Part shown: positions 13,401-27,000 of the stretch, in pieces
Layout: each line of letters begins with the position of its first letter
How positions within the stretch are numbered: the first letter of the stretch is position 1
From: Phoronis australis
Lineage: Eukaryota; Animalia; Phoronida
Reading direction: 5' to 3'
Length of the DNA stretch: 64,000 nucleotides
Assembly: GCA_002633005.1 (NCBI GenBank)
Contig: NMRA01000154.1
Coordinates: 602,232-666,231 of the forward strand
Made by a program: the position numbers and the translations under genes
Notes under the pieces: model-generated
Told to the model about the DNA's origin: nothing
The model's input: the letters and a program-made list of their open reading frames with translations, nothing else
Database searches by the model: none

Positions 13401-16400
13401 TCACCTGCCGGCATACACCAGTGGGTGGTAAAGCTTTCAATAATCAGCACTGCTGGCAGTAGCCCTGCTCAACTTGTTTGACACTGCCTGCACTGTTATG
13501 CGCCTGTACTTGGAGGCCCTCCTGCTCGCCTTTAATAATCGTTTTATAGATGCAGCTGAGTTGTCCCTGTATTTTGCCTGAATAGGGGACTTTTCATATT
13601 GGCGCTCTCTAGAGTAACTAGAGCATGAAAGGGACTTCCGATTGATCCCGACCTCAGATTTGCTGTACGGGACAGAAATTCAATTACTGCACAGTCGTTC
13701 ATTATCTCAAAAGCCCAGGAATAAATTCTGCTGTGAGCCCCTCCCATTGTTTGATTAGTTTAAATTCACTAGTTTATTTTAGCTTTTTGACACCGGCTGG
13801 GACCAAAATTTTCCTGCTTTATCAGCGGCAGCCACTGGCTTCGTCGCTGATATTTCTTCATAGTGGGATATGTAAGGAACATGATTTTTTGTTTATCCAT
13901 GGATATTACAAAAGGTTTGCCTTTTTCGTAAGACGTTGATACATCCCACCACACAGAAGTGGAAATTTGCCGGCATTAAATGGCAGGACAGGTGTTAAAA
14001 TGTAATACATAATTGTCTGTAGTAACAGTCTGTTCTCATTAAGACTGGTGCCCGTGTTCAGCCGTGAATAGAGAGCTGTCACCTTCATCTCTTGAAGTGC
14101 ATTGATTACTGTAGTTATGTTTCACATTTCAGTTACTTTTAAAATCGCGTTAAATCACTTCTTGTTTTGAAATGTGTTTCAGCTTGCTCTGTTCTCAGAT
14201 GAGGAATGGTTTCTGGTGTCGGAAAATGATATTAGTTTGTAGAGTTTGAGACCATGCTTGGTGTACAAAATGACACGCCGGACCTCCAATCCCTCGATTT
14301 TGGGGCCGAAATTCCCCTCTTGATGTCCGTGATGGAGACTAATCGAGTTGACCATTATAAGCAAACAAATGGTAGAAATGAGCTTTCTTGTAACATGGTT
14401 TGGCTGTATGCTGTTATAGAAGATGTTTATTTGTAGATCCTCAAAATTCCTGGTCGCACTGAAGGTGACTTGCGGATATTCCAGTTTAACTTGTCTGCGC
14501 TACAGGGTGATCAGAAAGGAAGCTTTGACTGTGTTCAACAGAAATCGGCTTGGTAAGTCAGCAGAAAATGGCCAATACGAAGAGTCACGTGAACGTTAAG
14601 ATTGACCATATGCTGACATGAGAAACTTAGAATGGAGGAAAAGGTAGATTTACCCGGTGCTGACACGTGAAGCATAGAACAGATTGAAGTTGACAGTAAA
14701 TTGACCATATTATGCTGACATGTGAAACATAGAACAGAGGAAACAGTAGTTTGCTCATGTGCAAACATGTGAAATATAGAACACCAGTAAAAGGTAGATT
14801 GACCGTATGCTGACACGTGAACCACAGAACAGATTGAAGTAAAAATTAAATTGACTGTATTATGCTGACATGTGACTCATAAACAATAGATTGACCATAT
14901 GCTGGCACGTGAAACATAGAACTGAGGTTAATAATAGATTTACCCTGTGCTGACACGTGAAGCATTGAGCACAAGTAAAAGGTAAATTTACCGTATTATG
15001 CTGACATGTGAAACATAGCACCGAGGTAAAAAGTATGAGAATAACATAGTGGACCGATGTGCAGATGGATTTCAGGCCAGGACAACTCGGAATAGTTGAG
15101 ATTGGTGGCTAACTAGTCTTTTGGTAATCTGTATTATTGATTCTGTCTAGTTTCGTTTTTTTCCGTCATTTGATTGATTGAATTTTCTCTTTTAGCAGCG
15201 GCAGTAACCTTGATCTGATCTCCACCCTCCGCCACAAGGTGGTGATAAATGCAACAGAGGATGTTTACCAGGTCACCAAGGAAAAGATGACTATAGCTGA
15301 AGAGGCCAGCAAGAAAAACTGGTAATGCAGATCAAAACATGCTTTCTGCTGGTTTAGGCGTACATGGATTGATCTCCATATTCTTATGTATATTTAACTG
15401 TTACAGTTGATTCTCAGACACAATTTGCCGAGGGGAGGCTTTCAGAATCTTGCCGGTGACATCTCATCACGTCAGTGAAACAAAATATTTCACAGCTGTC
15501 TAGTAAAATGACAGCTAATCAAAGCAATTGGACAGCCATGTCAGAATATTGCATGATGGGAGAAAAAGTTTGTAAACGCCCAGAATACTCAACGTTTCTG
15601 CAAAATAAGTCGAGATCTCTCACTGCAATTGTTTCGCAAGACACTCGACTTGTGTCTATCTCTTCTATTCTTAAGCACAACCTCGATCCTCTTGAACTGT
15701 TTGACAAGGGGCGCTTCTCGTAAATTTAGAAACTTGTGAGGTCTCTGTGGTGAGAAACATTAGCTCAAGAAACAGAAATGCTGTACACTGCTTCGCCATC
15801 AATTCATTCTCACATTCATTTGGCGAAATACTGAAACTCAAAATTTGGAGAAACATGAGTCATCATATTAGACAGATTAGATAAGGTTGTCCTCAAGTGA
15901 TTCCTGGTTGTCCTCAAATGATTCCTGGTTGTCCTCAAATGATTCGCCTCTGGTCATACCTTTCACTGGTAGCAACTAAATGTTATTGAATATGAGTCAT
16001 GTGTTTGTGAACAGTGTGCTGGAGGACTTGAATTTAAATCTAGCGCAGTTTGTAACTTTACTACTTATGGGTCAAGTTGGAATCTTCAAAAATGAATTAT
16101 GGGCATTTGTTTACAGTAAAGACGACTTCATTTCACAATAACACTAAGAACAAGTAGGTTGATTTCTAACATGAGCCAACCAAACCCAGAGAGAAAATTA
16201 CGCTCAACGTGATGATGTCTCTACTTTAACTTTTGCAACAGAAATCTGAGTAAAGTTGAGATGTGCAGGAGATCAAAGTAACCTAACTGGCTACATGTAC
16301 GTCCATTGGTTGGCTGTTCCAGCTTCACTGACTCATCCCTTCAACGCAAAGAGGCATACTGTCTTGTAAAATATTATTTTTCTCCAGTATGGTTTTGCCA

Positions 16401-19400
16401 GACTTGCCAGAAACTTGTAGAATTCATTTCTATTTCTCCATTTTCCACAATACAATACTTTGAAACAATCCCCAATGGAGACTCGTCTATTTTACGTAAA
16501 ATTTTCTTTACATTTGTGTCTTTGTTTACTCACAAATGTTTTGATTTTCTTTCACTTCATCTTTTATATTGATCTGACTCTTTTTCTTGTGACATTTTCA
16601 AACAATATGTCCGTAAACTGAGAACCTATTTCAAGAGAAATAGACAGAGACTTAGTCTTGTAGCTGCGTAAAAAGGACCCTATTTATTTTCAGTGATATG
16701 AGAATTCTACATACAATTTGCACTGATTGTGTATCAAAGTTAGAAATTGAATTAGTGATGAAGATGAAATAGCATTAGGAATGGCAACCAGTGTTTGCAG
16801 TAGTCCACAAATATGATGAAAAGTTTAGGAAAATAGACGAGTCCTTATTTGGGACAGTTCAAGTTCATACTACTGATATTCATGATTATCCTTCTGTTTT
16901 TGTTTTACAGTGCAAAAGAAATCAAAGCCAGCGGGCCTCACGTTGTGGGGCGTAAAATCAAGAAAACAGTAAAAAAACTGACCCCCTCCACCAGTCAGCT
17001 GAGTAGTATGGCCCGGTTACATTCTGGACAGGCAGCAGTTAAACCGTCAACTAGACCACAGACACTAGCGCTATCTACAGCTCAGCATGGAAACCGGATG
17101 CCAAGTGTGAATGGAAAAGTGCCAAATCGTACCGCTAATATAAGTTCTGCATTGAACGGTGATGGAAGTCGTTCCAAGAATGCTGTTAGTGGAAAATTGT
17201 ACAGGTGAAATAAAGCTTTAGTTATTTAATCATCTTCCAAGGTTTTGAATTAGTTATTAAATCATCTATGGATTTGGTTGAACTATTGTTAACATTTGCT
17301 ATCCTGAGTTATGCCAACAAGCACACCTTATAGTGTGATGAGAGGCAATTTGGAACTTTCTGTCATGTTTGGCGAATTGAGAAATTTAAATTCAAAGTCC
17401 TCAGAAGTTGCATATGGCAAGTAAGGCTCAGGTTGAATTGCCATCTGTCATAGTTTGGTGAGCTGCTATTGGCCCAATCAAACCATGTTGTTGAATGGTT
17501 AGTTACATTATTTAGCTTTTGAAATGAGGTTGTTGTTGTTCTTATTGCACATCTGGGTCCACCAACTGATGTTGCTATTATCCTTGGACACATGTATTCT
17601 GATGGCCAATCTTGACTTTGCTTTGTGTTTTTGAGAGCGAAACTAAAATTGTGAATTGAGGCACGTTTATACTTCTTCAACTTTGCCACAATTGCTCTGT
17701 GTCGGTAGTGGGGGTTACAGGCGTGTTAAGTTGTGTCAAGAATGTGCTATCTGGCTTCTTTGAACTTACACATTTTTGGCCTCCAAAAGTGTGCATGCAC
17801 ACACACACACACGCACGCACGCACGCACCCACACACACACACAGTGTCTGTTGTGTAGCGTTTTGCTTTTGTTATACTGAGTTTGGTTGACATCTAGTTT
17901 AGATTTGTTAGAAGCAGTCAACCTTGATGCATTTGGTGTCTTGTTTACAGGGAGTGGGTAATACATTTGCTTGCATTGAAACCGTACAAGAAGCCGGAAC
18001 TGATTCTCCGATTACAGAAAGGTTTGTGTTTTAGCGTGCAGGAAGTTTCGTGTCTTAGCACACAGCAAAGTTTGTGTTTAGTTTAAGGGTTGCACTGGTC
18101 TCTTGTATAAATTTTGATTCTGTCAGTTGAAAATTTTGTCATGGATAGAGGAAATATATTAATGTACTTTAATTTGGTTCTTTATTAGACTGTGTTAATA
18201 CAATTTGATGTACAACCTGCCAGTAACAGTTGCAGTAAGTAGTAGACACGGGGAGCTTCTTATCCAATGGACTTCACTGGCCATTCACACCATTGCTGCA
18301 TGGCATCTTGTAGATGCTGTGAGGTCAAAGGACAAAGACTCACTAGCTACAGTGCTGCAAGAGGTCGCTAGGCTCAACCCTCGTGACAACACGTTCACGC
18401 TGCTCAAGCACATCTACAAGGAAGTGCATTCTGACTGGTCTCACTATACTGAGACAGACAGACAGCTGGTCAAGAGGTAAGCCTGGCCACATTATACTAG
18501 ACTCAGTTTCCATCTCTGGTATCCAGCTCAACTACACTGCAAATTCGAAATGCCTGCGTAAACTACAAGTCTTTGTTCAGTCAACTACATGCAATTTCAC
18601 GGCCATCCACATTAAGCTGGTGGAGTTAAATAAGAGTTGTCTGACGAATCAAGATATTTGTTTTCATTTTTCCGCTCCGTTGATGGACTAGACTTCTCAA
18701 CTTGGTAATAAGACCATGTTCAGAAACTATTCCTGGAGTATGTAAGACTACATCTAGGCCATTTGCATTATGCTTCATCTAAAGCAGATTCTGTTCATGT
18801 GTTGTCTTACTCATGTAGGCGTGTGGCTCAGATGTCCGACTCACCTTCCCACTCTCCGAGTAGTAGCCAAAATAGTCCTCCCCGCAAACGGAAAGAGTCA
18901 ACAGTCATGAGTGAGCCACCGAAGAAGGCCAGGATATCTCATTACCAGTCTCGCCACAGAGAAGAGCCAGACTCAAGTCTTTCAGAAAGTAAGATTTCTT
19001 GAGTTATGATAAATGACAGCAGAAATGAGCTTGCTTTAGGCGCTCTTTCAGGTGGTAAGCTTTCTCGACCAGGAGCATATAATGCTGCCGATGAATGTCT
19101 TTCTGAAATTGAGCTTTCTGGAATTGTGATAAATATTTTACTTGCAGAAAAGGTCTTGGCTCAAATTTCTCGAAAAGAAAGTTTTGCTTTGTTGTAATTG
19201 AGATGTTGATGTCTGTTTGATTGGCAATTACACACTGTTTTTGTTACAAAATAAAGAAGGATTTTTGAATCGTGTTTAACTTAACTATCAATCTTTATTT
19301 CAGATTCTGTCGCTAAGTTGAGCACCCCATCAAAATCAGCGGCTTCCTCCACGTCAGATACGCCTGACTATTTGTTGTAAGTTACTTGTATGACATGTCA

Positions 19401-21843
19401 TTGGTTCATTTTCTATTGCTTAAGATGCACGCTCTGCGTTTTTCTCTGAACAGGAAACTAAATCAACATTGCACAAGTGTGTGTATTGCATTGTTTAAAG
19501 TTTACGTCAACAGTGGATAGTGTAACTTCAGTCACTATGCCAGTTCTAGACGTGAAACATTTTATCTCAGGTTGTCCACTGCTGACTACAGTAACTTGTT
19601 AATGGAAACATTTTTTGGCCACAACACACCACGTTCTCTCAAAGTGACTAAAATGGTCTCAGATTGTTCCTTAGTTATGAAGTAATTTTGGTCTTGCAAA
19701 GGACTGGCAGTTTGTTATCGCTCGAGACCGTGCTCAGCAAATAAATTGTCATGGCAACATGTAGAGCCCGGTCTCAAGAAATAACGAACTGTCAGTTATT
19801 TCTATGCCCAGAAATAACATCTGTTTCAACTTAGGAAAGTTTAAGACCAATTTCATAACGGTAATTGGTCTAAATTTAAAAAAATGCGATTGAAGGTAGG
19901 CTTATCGACTTAAGTGTTCAAAATTAACGCTAACTCTGTTGGTGGCCTTTTGATGCAACAGTCATGAAATGACATAAATTTAGAAACCTTGGACTTCCGT
20001 CATCTTCATCATGTGATTGATCACTCCATTTTGCTATTTGGGCAAAATAATTATCAGTGGTGTTAATAGATGGCGCTGCATGTGGATTTTGCTTTTGAGC
20101 AGCCGAAGAACGACTTTGACTTAATCTTAATATCGCTGCAAAATTTCATTTGCAGGCAGTACACGGCCATCACGAATGACGACCAGAGGCGACGGTACAA
20201 GGAGGATTTCAACTCGGAATACGATGAGTATCGGGTGTGTCATGCCAATGTGGAGAAAATCTCAAAGCGTTTCCTCGAGTTGGAGGACATATTGAAAAAA
20301 CACCAAGCCGGCTCAGCCGATTACGAGGTCAGTGCTACAGACAATATTCGTCTCTGAAGAACCAACTTTTGGATCAGACTTCTTGTTTTAGCAGCTTGTC
20401 ACATTGCAGTTTATAGTCTTAGGAATAGGCAGTGAAATAAAACTCACTTTGTATCGCACGAGTCGACCACGGCTTAGTTGGATCTTCGCATCTATTAACT
20501 GGACATCATCCTAAAATTGATTTTGGTCTTCGTGCCGTTACGAAACCAGTTTCAAGTTGCTACTTTTTTTTAGATCAAAGGTGATTCTGAAGCAGGGCTT
20601 GGAATTTTCCGCGGAAGCACGGATTTCCGCTTTTTTCAAATGTTCTGTCCGCGCATTTTATTATATTTCCGTGTAAAAAAAATCGGATTTGATATAAAAT
20701 TTCCACGGCAAATTCCTTCCCTACCGCGGCTTTGCCGACGATGTTCGCCTCGAAAAGCGGAAGTTGCTCTTTATGTTTCGGAGGAACTTAAATTGTCAAC
20801 ATTGCCGGGGCATCTGGGATAGCGTGGTGGGATTTTCAATGGCGACTCGTGATTGTAAACCGCGGTGACAAAACTACGGCTCCGCAGCCAAAAATGTGTG
20901 GGGGTGGGAGTGGACGGACGTGCTGAAGAGACGCAGATGCATGCTACTGATGGTGATAACGTTTTTTTTTTTAGTCCTCCCGGCGAAAGGCTCACATCGA
21001 CTATTCCAAAGCTGGGTAGCGCGCGTGTTTTGGGCAGTAAAAGTTTCCGCGTTTTTTGTCATTGGTCATTCCAAGCCCTGCTGAAGTTTGGATAGAATTG
21101 GCAAATAAATTCCTTTTTACTTGAGAACAAGCTCAGTGTATTAGCTTCTCACAGTATGATCACACGCTATATTCATCGGCCAGTTCTTCATTATCGACGA
21201 ATCATTTCTCATCTGAGTAAGGAACGAGTTGAAAGATGTTTCATAGCCATTAGTGGTATGAATTGAAATAATGATTTATTTGACAGAAGACAAATTCATT
21301 CCTTACTCTGGTAGGAAAAACATATCTTGGTCCATTTTAATCCAACGATGCAAATTTTACTTTAAATTATCACGAAGAATAAATAAAGTGAAAGTAATTT
21401 ATCAAATAAACACCGAAAATCAGGAAGTCCAACTGGGAATCGAATCACAGGTCTCTAGATTGCCGGTCTAGTGCTCTTACCACTGAGCTACTGAGGACCC
21501 GATATCTGTGCAATTACTGTTTAAAGCCAACTGTTATGTCATACATCGCATGAGCGGAGTTTCGCCTTTTTCACACGAGATTTGGAAAATTATGTAAATT
21601 AACAATTTACCACTATGCATGGATTAATATATGTATAAATAGCAGTTCACGTGAACGACCTATATTTGCCATGTCGCAATTTTGTTTCAGATGATTAAGA
21701 ATAAAGTGTACCAAGAATACCGAACCATCAAATCCGACTCCAAGTACGTGACTGAGAAGAAGAGATGCGACTATCTCCATCACAAGTTGTCTCACATCAA
21801 GAAGCTCGTTGTTGAGTATGATCAGATGCACAGTAACCTTTGA
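10453..21843 (+). CDS. ELL: RNA polymerase II elongation factor ELL, about 504 aa, 11 exons: 10453-10581, 12100-12147, 14437-14552, 15196-15321, 16911-17204, 17951-18021, 18314-18476, 18819-18988, 19304-19376, 20156-20327, 21691-21843
   Basis: Phase-consistent GT-AG chain of 1515 nt. ELL motifs: HLKLTDSA, GSFDCVQQ, IHLLALKPYKKPELILRLQK, and a C-terminal occludin/ELL domain (PDYL..YTAI..DQRRRYKEDFNSEYDEYR..RCDYLHHKLSHIKKLVVEYD). Confidence 0.95.
12308..12810. mobile_element. MITE with AAGGCCTTTTCATACT-type TIRs in ELL intron 2
   Basis: 15/16 inverted match between 12308-12323 and 12795-12810; internal GTTAAC/GTCGACG subrepeats. Confidence 0.65.
14600..15030. repeat. Minisatellite, ~47-50-bp unit x~9 (GATTGACCATATGCTGACACGTGAAACATAGAAC...)
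   Basis: Recurrent TGCTGACA(C/T)GTGA core at regular spacing in ELL intron 3. Confidence 0.8.
15885..15945. repeat. 21-bp tandem repeat x3 (GGTTGTCCTCAAATGATTCCT)
   Basis: Directly visible. Confidence 0.8.
20593..21080. mobile_element. hAT-like MITE, TIR CAGGGCTTGGAAT, 6-bp TSD CTGAAG
   Basis: TIRs at both ends; CTGAAG on both flanks. Homologous copies at 47222-47733 (complete), 32969-33227 (truncated at N) and ~44828 (left end only). Confidence 0.85.
21427..21498 (-). pseudogene. tRNA-derived relic (SINE head or pseudo-tRNA) in ELL intron 10
   Basis: Reverse complement reads GTCCTCAG TAGCTCAGTGGTAAGAGC A CTAGA CCGGCAA TCTAG AGACC TGTGA TTCGATT CCCA GTTGGAC: A-box, D-arm and a perfect anticodon stem are present, but C replaces U33 and the T- and acceptor stems are broken. 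Confidence 0.65.
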
Positions 21844-21961
21844 CCTATGCCGTCGGCATTCCAGCCATGCACGCGCCCGAGTATGATGCAATGTATCCCA
21901 TGATGCAATGTTGGCATTCCTGCTAATGTGAAGTTGTTTGTTGTATTTTGAGAAAGTATTT

Positions 21962-21967
21962 AATAAA
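21962..21967 (+). terminator. Candidate polyadenylation signal (AATAAA) for ELL
   Basis: AATAAA about 120 nt after the stop, followed by GT/T-rich sequence. Further AATAAA occur near 22314 and 22374. Confidence 0.4.
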
Positions 21968-24043
21968 TTTCACAAAATGAATTTTATGGGCTGTGTATTT
22001 TTTAATTATTGATCGTTAACTATGACTTTGGGTTAAAAAATGATTGAAAATATGAAAAATGGTCATGTTGTGGCCACGTTTTCTCAATTTTTAAATTAAA
22101 GTTTTGCCCCGTTTACATGCAGCTCTTTTATGCCCATATGGAAATACACACCATATGAAAGCTATTGTCCAGGTGTTAAATTTTCATCCCGTTCATGGGG
22201 AAAAGAAAAGCAATATTTGCGTTCAGCGCAACTTACTGACGATTTATATAGAACTTGTGGGTGACTGAAACCGCACAATATTGTGATCAGGATTACAAGA
22301 CCCATCTTATGGGAATAAAATAACATATTTTACATTTTTTTAGCCAGATAAATGGGGTGAAATTCAACCATTGAATAAAAATAAACTAAATGCAACTCAC
22401 ATTCCCACAGAGCAGATGTGAGGAAATTGGGAATTAAAACGGAAAGCATGCATTCACTGTTTGAGTAGTTAAGAGATCTTATGAAGACAGGCAGACATTT
22501 TATCACAACACTTAGATTTTTGATTTCACAACAGACTTATGACGTTTCTTACAACCAAAGTACACTGCAACCAAACTGCTTTATATGCAGTTAGATGGTG
22601 TGCGGACAGAGGACAAACAAACTAGGGCTGCATTCCATTGACACAGCATTGGCGTATCCAGAGGGAGGTCTGGACCCCTTTTTCCTTGGTTTAACCAATA
22701 TCAAAAATAGAATTTTCAAATTGTTGACACGGGCTAATTTTTTAAAAAAAATCATTGATCCTAACCCCTTTTAAAAAATCATGGATTCACCCCTGCACAA
22801 GACAAATATCTTTGTGAGATATCGCCATTCATCAGAGCATTTAACAGAGAATTTTCTCTTTAGCCGTTTCGATTTCTTCTTCATTTAATTTCCAGCTATC
22901 TCTTATTTCGTCTTATCATTTTGACTTCAGTTATGCAAAAGCGTTCATTTCATTTAAATTTTATTACACAAAAGGAGTATTTCCATCACACAGGCCTGTG
23001 TGTGGAACGATACATCACCTGAAAAATATTGCTCTTTTTTTGTCATTGTTAATTCCAAGCCCCGGTGCATTGAAGCCAAGTGTGCAAGCACATTAGCTGT
23101 ACTTGCCAGTGTCTTGCACAGCAGCCCCGACATGTGACAAGCTTCCATTGTATCCAAAATGATCAGTAGAGAAATGCAAGACTTTGCTGGAGACAAACAA
23201 TTTATTACATTCTTGATAAAACTGCACCCGAATGATTTGTGTTTAAGTCGGACTACCTCTAACGATTGCGTAACAAGATTTTTATTAAAGCCTATCTTCA
23301 ACGGTAACACATGTAAATTTGGTTCCTACAGTATGTTAAGAGTATCGCTCTGAGCCCACTAGTGCCATAAATTGCCAAATGTAACAAACAGTTAAGCGTA
23401 TTGGCTTGCTGTTGTCTACGTCATCGCCAGAATCACCTTTTAATTCAAACAGCTGCAAACAACACCGGCACAGAATGATGTTCAATTCAGACACCTATTC
23501 AATACAACTATAATCGGCCTTTTGTTGTTTGCGCTGAAATCTCACGGTAAGGCAACATGGCATGAAAAGGCAGCTTCACCCATTATTATTTGACGATCTT
23601 ACATTTGCGTGATTTAACTCGCGTTTTATTTTACTAAGGCTTTGTTAGGACCTTCTGGTTAGCCCAATACATATAGGCTTTAATCATACCCAAGTAAATC
23701 CAAGTGTCCTGGAGGTTAATCACAAACTCTTAACATTATCCTGTAGGTAATGAAAATTAACTACTAGTCTCTATCAAAAATTGAGTATCAAAGAAGTGTC
23801 AAAAGGCTGTGGGGGTTACAATCTTAAAAAATAACAAACCAGGTTTTGAGGTCATTTGTACAACCAAAGAACAACTGAGAACGACCAATCTGTTTCATTA
23901 CACCTGGGACTAACACTGATAGACAAAACCAAAAGAATACATTCAATAAAACTGTAAAATTGCAATCACACGGGAAGGATTTAAAACATTTCAAAACTTA
24001 ATAAAATATATATCAAAAAACATACAACAAAAGTTTGCATTGT

Positions 24044-27000
24044 TTACAGCTGAACTCTTTCAAAGTAAGGTATTTTATCTAGAGAAGCCTTGAAATCTCG
24101 TAGAGTTTTGGGTCCTGTGAACTGTTTGCCTGAATCCACATGTTTCCACACTCCGAACGGCAGGTTAATATAACGGGAGACCGATGACTTTTCCACAACT
24201 GGCGCTACAAGTAAATCATCGCCAATTAAAAACTGGTCATCAACTTTGAGCATAGTAAACTCGAAGGGGTCGACCCACCACATGGGTCGAATGATGGGAT
24301 TTTGATCGCCAGCAAGCCTAGTTATCTTAGGATAGACGTAATCTCTGTGTAATGCTGTGTAAGTTTTGGCAAGTTGTACTACCTCTGAGTCGTATTTCCA
24401 CGGTGGGACAGAGAATTGCATGATGGGAAGGAATGTAGCCAGCTGCAGCCAACGAATGAAAAGCTCTTTGTCTGGCAAACTGCCAGGAATGTCTGTATAT
24501 CCGCCAATAACTCCTGGATTGACATAACTATAACCATGAACTGATAATGTCAACACTGTGGGAATCAAGGCACGTAGCGCATTCCAACTACTTCGGTGGT
24601 CTTCTAAGCGTAGAAATGCTGGAATACCTTGTGTTTGTATGCCGACCTGGACCTGTGATTGGTTGAAATTAGTCGCCACACCAACAAAAAGCCTTGCATA
24701 TCGATCGGGGTTGGTAAACTCCTGTTGAAATGTCGGCCGATGAGGCAGCCACGAAGTCTGACCACCGTAAAACACAAACCTGTTTATGCCGTATTCATTT
24801 TGGACTTTTCTCAGCCTACTGACGTACCAACTCACCGCCTCTGTATTGGTCACGTCTAGTGCAGTTCCCAGGCCAGACCACCATTTAGTCAAACCCGGCA
24901 CGTCTGCACTGCCGTCTAAGACAAAGTAGTTTTTATTCACACCTTCCTGGAAGGCTTGTGCATCCACACTGACATACGGATGAACACCAAGGCTAAGATT
25001 GAATCCGTGCTGTGCAAGTCTTGCAGTCAGGTTGATCCCACTAGGGAACCTCAAAGGATTCACTTCAAAGTCTCCGCTACGAACATCCCACTGGCTTCGT
25101 AGACCAATGTCTAAAATTTGACCAGGCAAATCATACTTGCGTACATTTTCTGCGAAGGACAACAAATCTGTCTCATTCACACTATCCCCAGGAACAGTCC
25201 ACGACGGTGATTCCATAGCGTCTAAGTTCGGCATAAGTCGCGGTTGAGGTGATCTGTCCGCAATGAAGAACTGAGTCATCGCCGTGGAATTGGGAGCACT
25301 ACAGACACTGTAGTTGAGAGTGGGCTTTAATTCAAACTTATTCCTGTAGGGGGAATTGTAGTAATGGGAGTGGAGACACAGCCGCTGTACGGAGCTGTTG
25401 GTACTGATAAAAAGCGGGTTTTCAGTATTTGCGAATATTCCGACACCTCGCGATGAGACCCAGTGGCGTTCCATAACAGTTCCAAAGTCATCGTCATCCA
25501 AGTGGCTGCCTGTGACATATGGCATACTTTTATAATTTTCCACATCTAACGGCCATTTCTGATCAACAGTCAATGGGCCACCATACCAGTGCGATCCGCC
25601 AAAATCAAAGCAATCTACAAGTTCAAGGTCATCTCTTTCTGCTGACCACTCAATATTGTAACACAGTACATCTCCATATTCAACATATCTAACCATAAGC
25701 AAGGCATCTGTGAACCACTGCAGGCAGATCTCAGACTTGTCTCCCCTGGCACAGTCATGTGGCAGACTGCCTGCAGGAATCTTCTGTCCCAAACTTCCAC
25801 TGAGCAGCGCTATGCCATCTCTATTTACATTGACTATACGTTGTTTTTCTAAGAAACTCAACTTTCTGCCAAGGTCGACTTTGAGACCTTGAGCATTGTA
25901 GAAGTACCATATTAACGGGATGCTGACGACGATGATAACAAAGAGAATAATAACAAATATCTTGAATGCACAGTCCTTCTTGAAAAACTTGCCACAAACT
26001 GTCTTTATGTTTTTCTTCTGAAAATAAAAACAGAAATGTTTCTGATTAGTCATAATGTTGTCATAGTAACAGAGAAGTTATTTGAGTGGTAAGTCTGGGC
26101 AGGCGGCTTACTGTATGGTACAGCTCTGCTAAATGTTAACAGATACAACAACAGCTGTACTGCATGGTAATAGATACAAAATCAACTGTACTGCATGGTA
26201 ACAGATACATCAAATGTACTGCATGGTACAGTGTCAGCTATGCTGCATGTTAATAGATACAACAACAGCTGAGGACTACATGGCAATAGATACAACATCA
26301 GTTGTACTGCATGTCAAAAGATACAACATCAGTTGCACTGCATGGTAATGCAGTAGCAACTGTACAGCATGGTAAAAGACACAGTACCAGCATACCAGGT
26401 TCTTTCTTAGATTAAGCATTAAATCAAACTGTGGTCACAATTTTAATGTTATGACGAAACTGCAATGTTACCTCGCTAGCATATACTTACCATGTCACGA
26501 ATATTTATAGCATATGAACAGGAAACCATTCAAGTTATCTGTTCATAATGCACCTGTAGTTGCAATAGTCTCCAATGTACAGTTATTTGTAGTTTTCAAA
26601 ATAAACTAGATAGACTTTAGACAGAGCCTCATCAATCTTGGACAAACATCTACCCAGCATTCTTTCACACTTTAGTCTAACTTTTGTTGCATTATAAAAT
26701 GGCGTTTTTGTCAAGCTTTAGTTGGAGTGGCGTTATCGTGCGTAGCTGTTAATTGTTCAGTTGTGAATGGGCTTGCACAGTAAGTAAAAATTTTCTTGAG
26801 ATTTATCTAGAGTTGAAATGGACTCTAGCAAAAAGGTTAATTATGGTTATTTATTCGCAGTTTTGCACATCAAAGCTTCATCAAATTTTAGCGTTGTTCA
26901 GTATATTTTGAAAACTATTGCACACAGTCTATTCTTTAACCCTGACACAGTTATGATGTTTAAAAAAGGAGTTAAAATAATACTTATTTCCATAAAACCC

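Noticed and set aside
26018-26053. MTNQKHFCFYFQ as the MYORG N-terminus
   Set aside because: It is the polypyrimidine tract and acceptor; two upstream exons join in frame.
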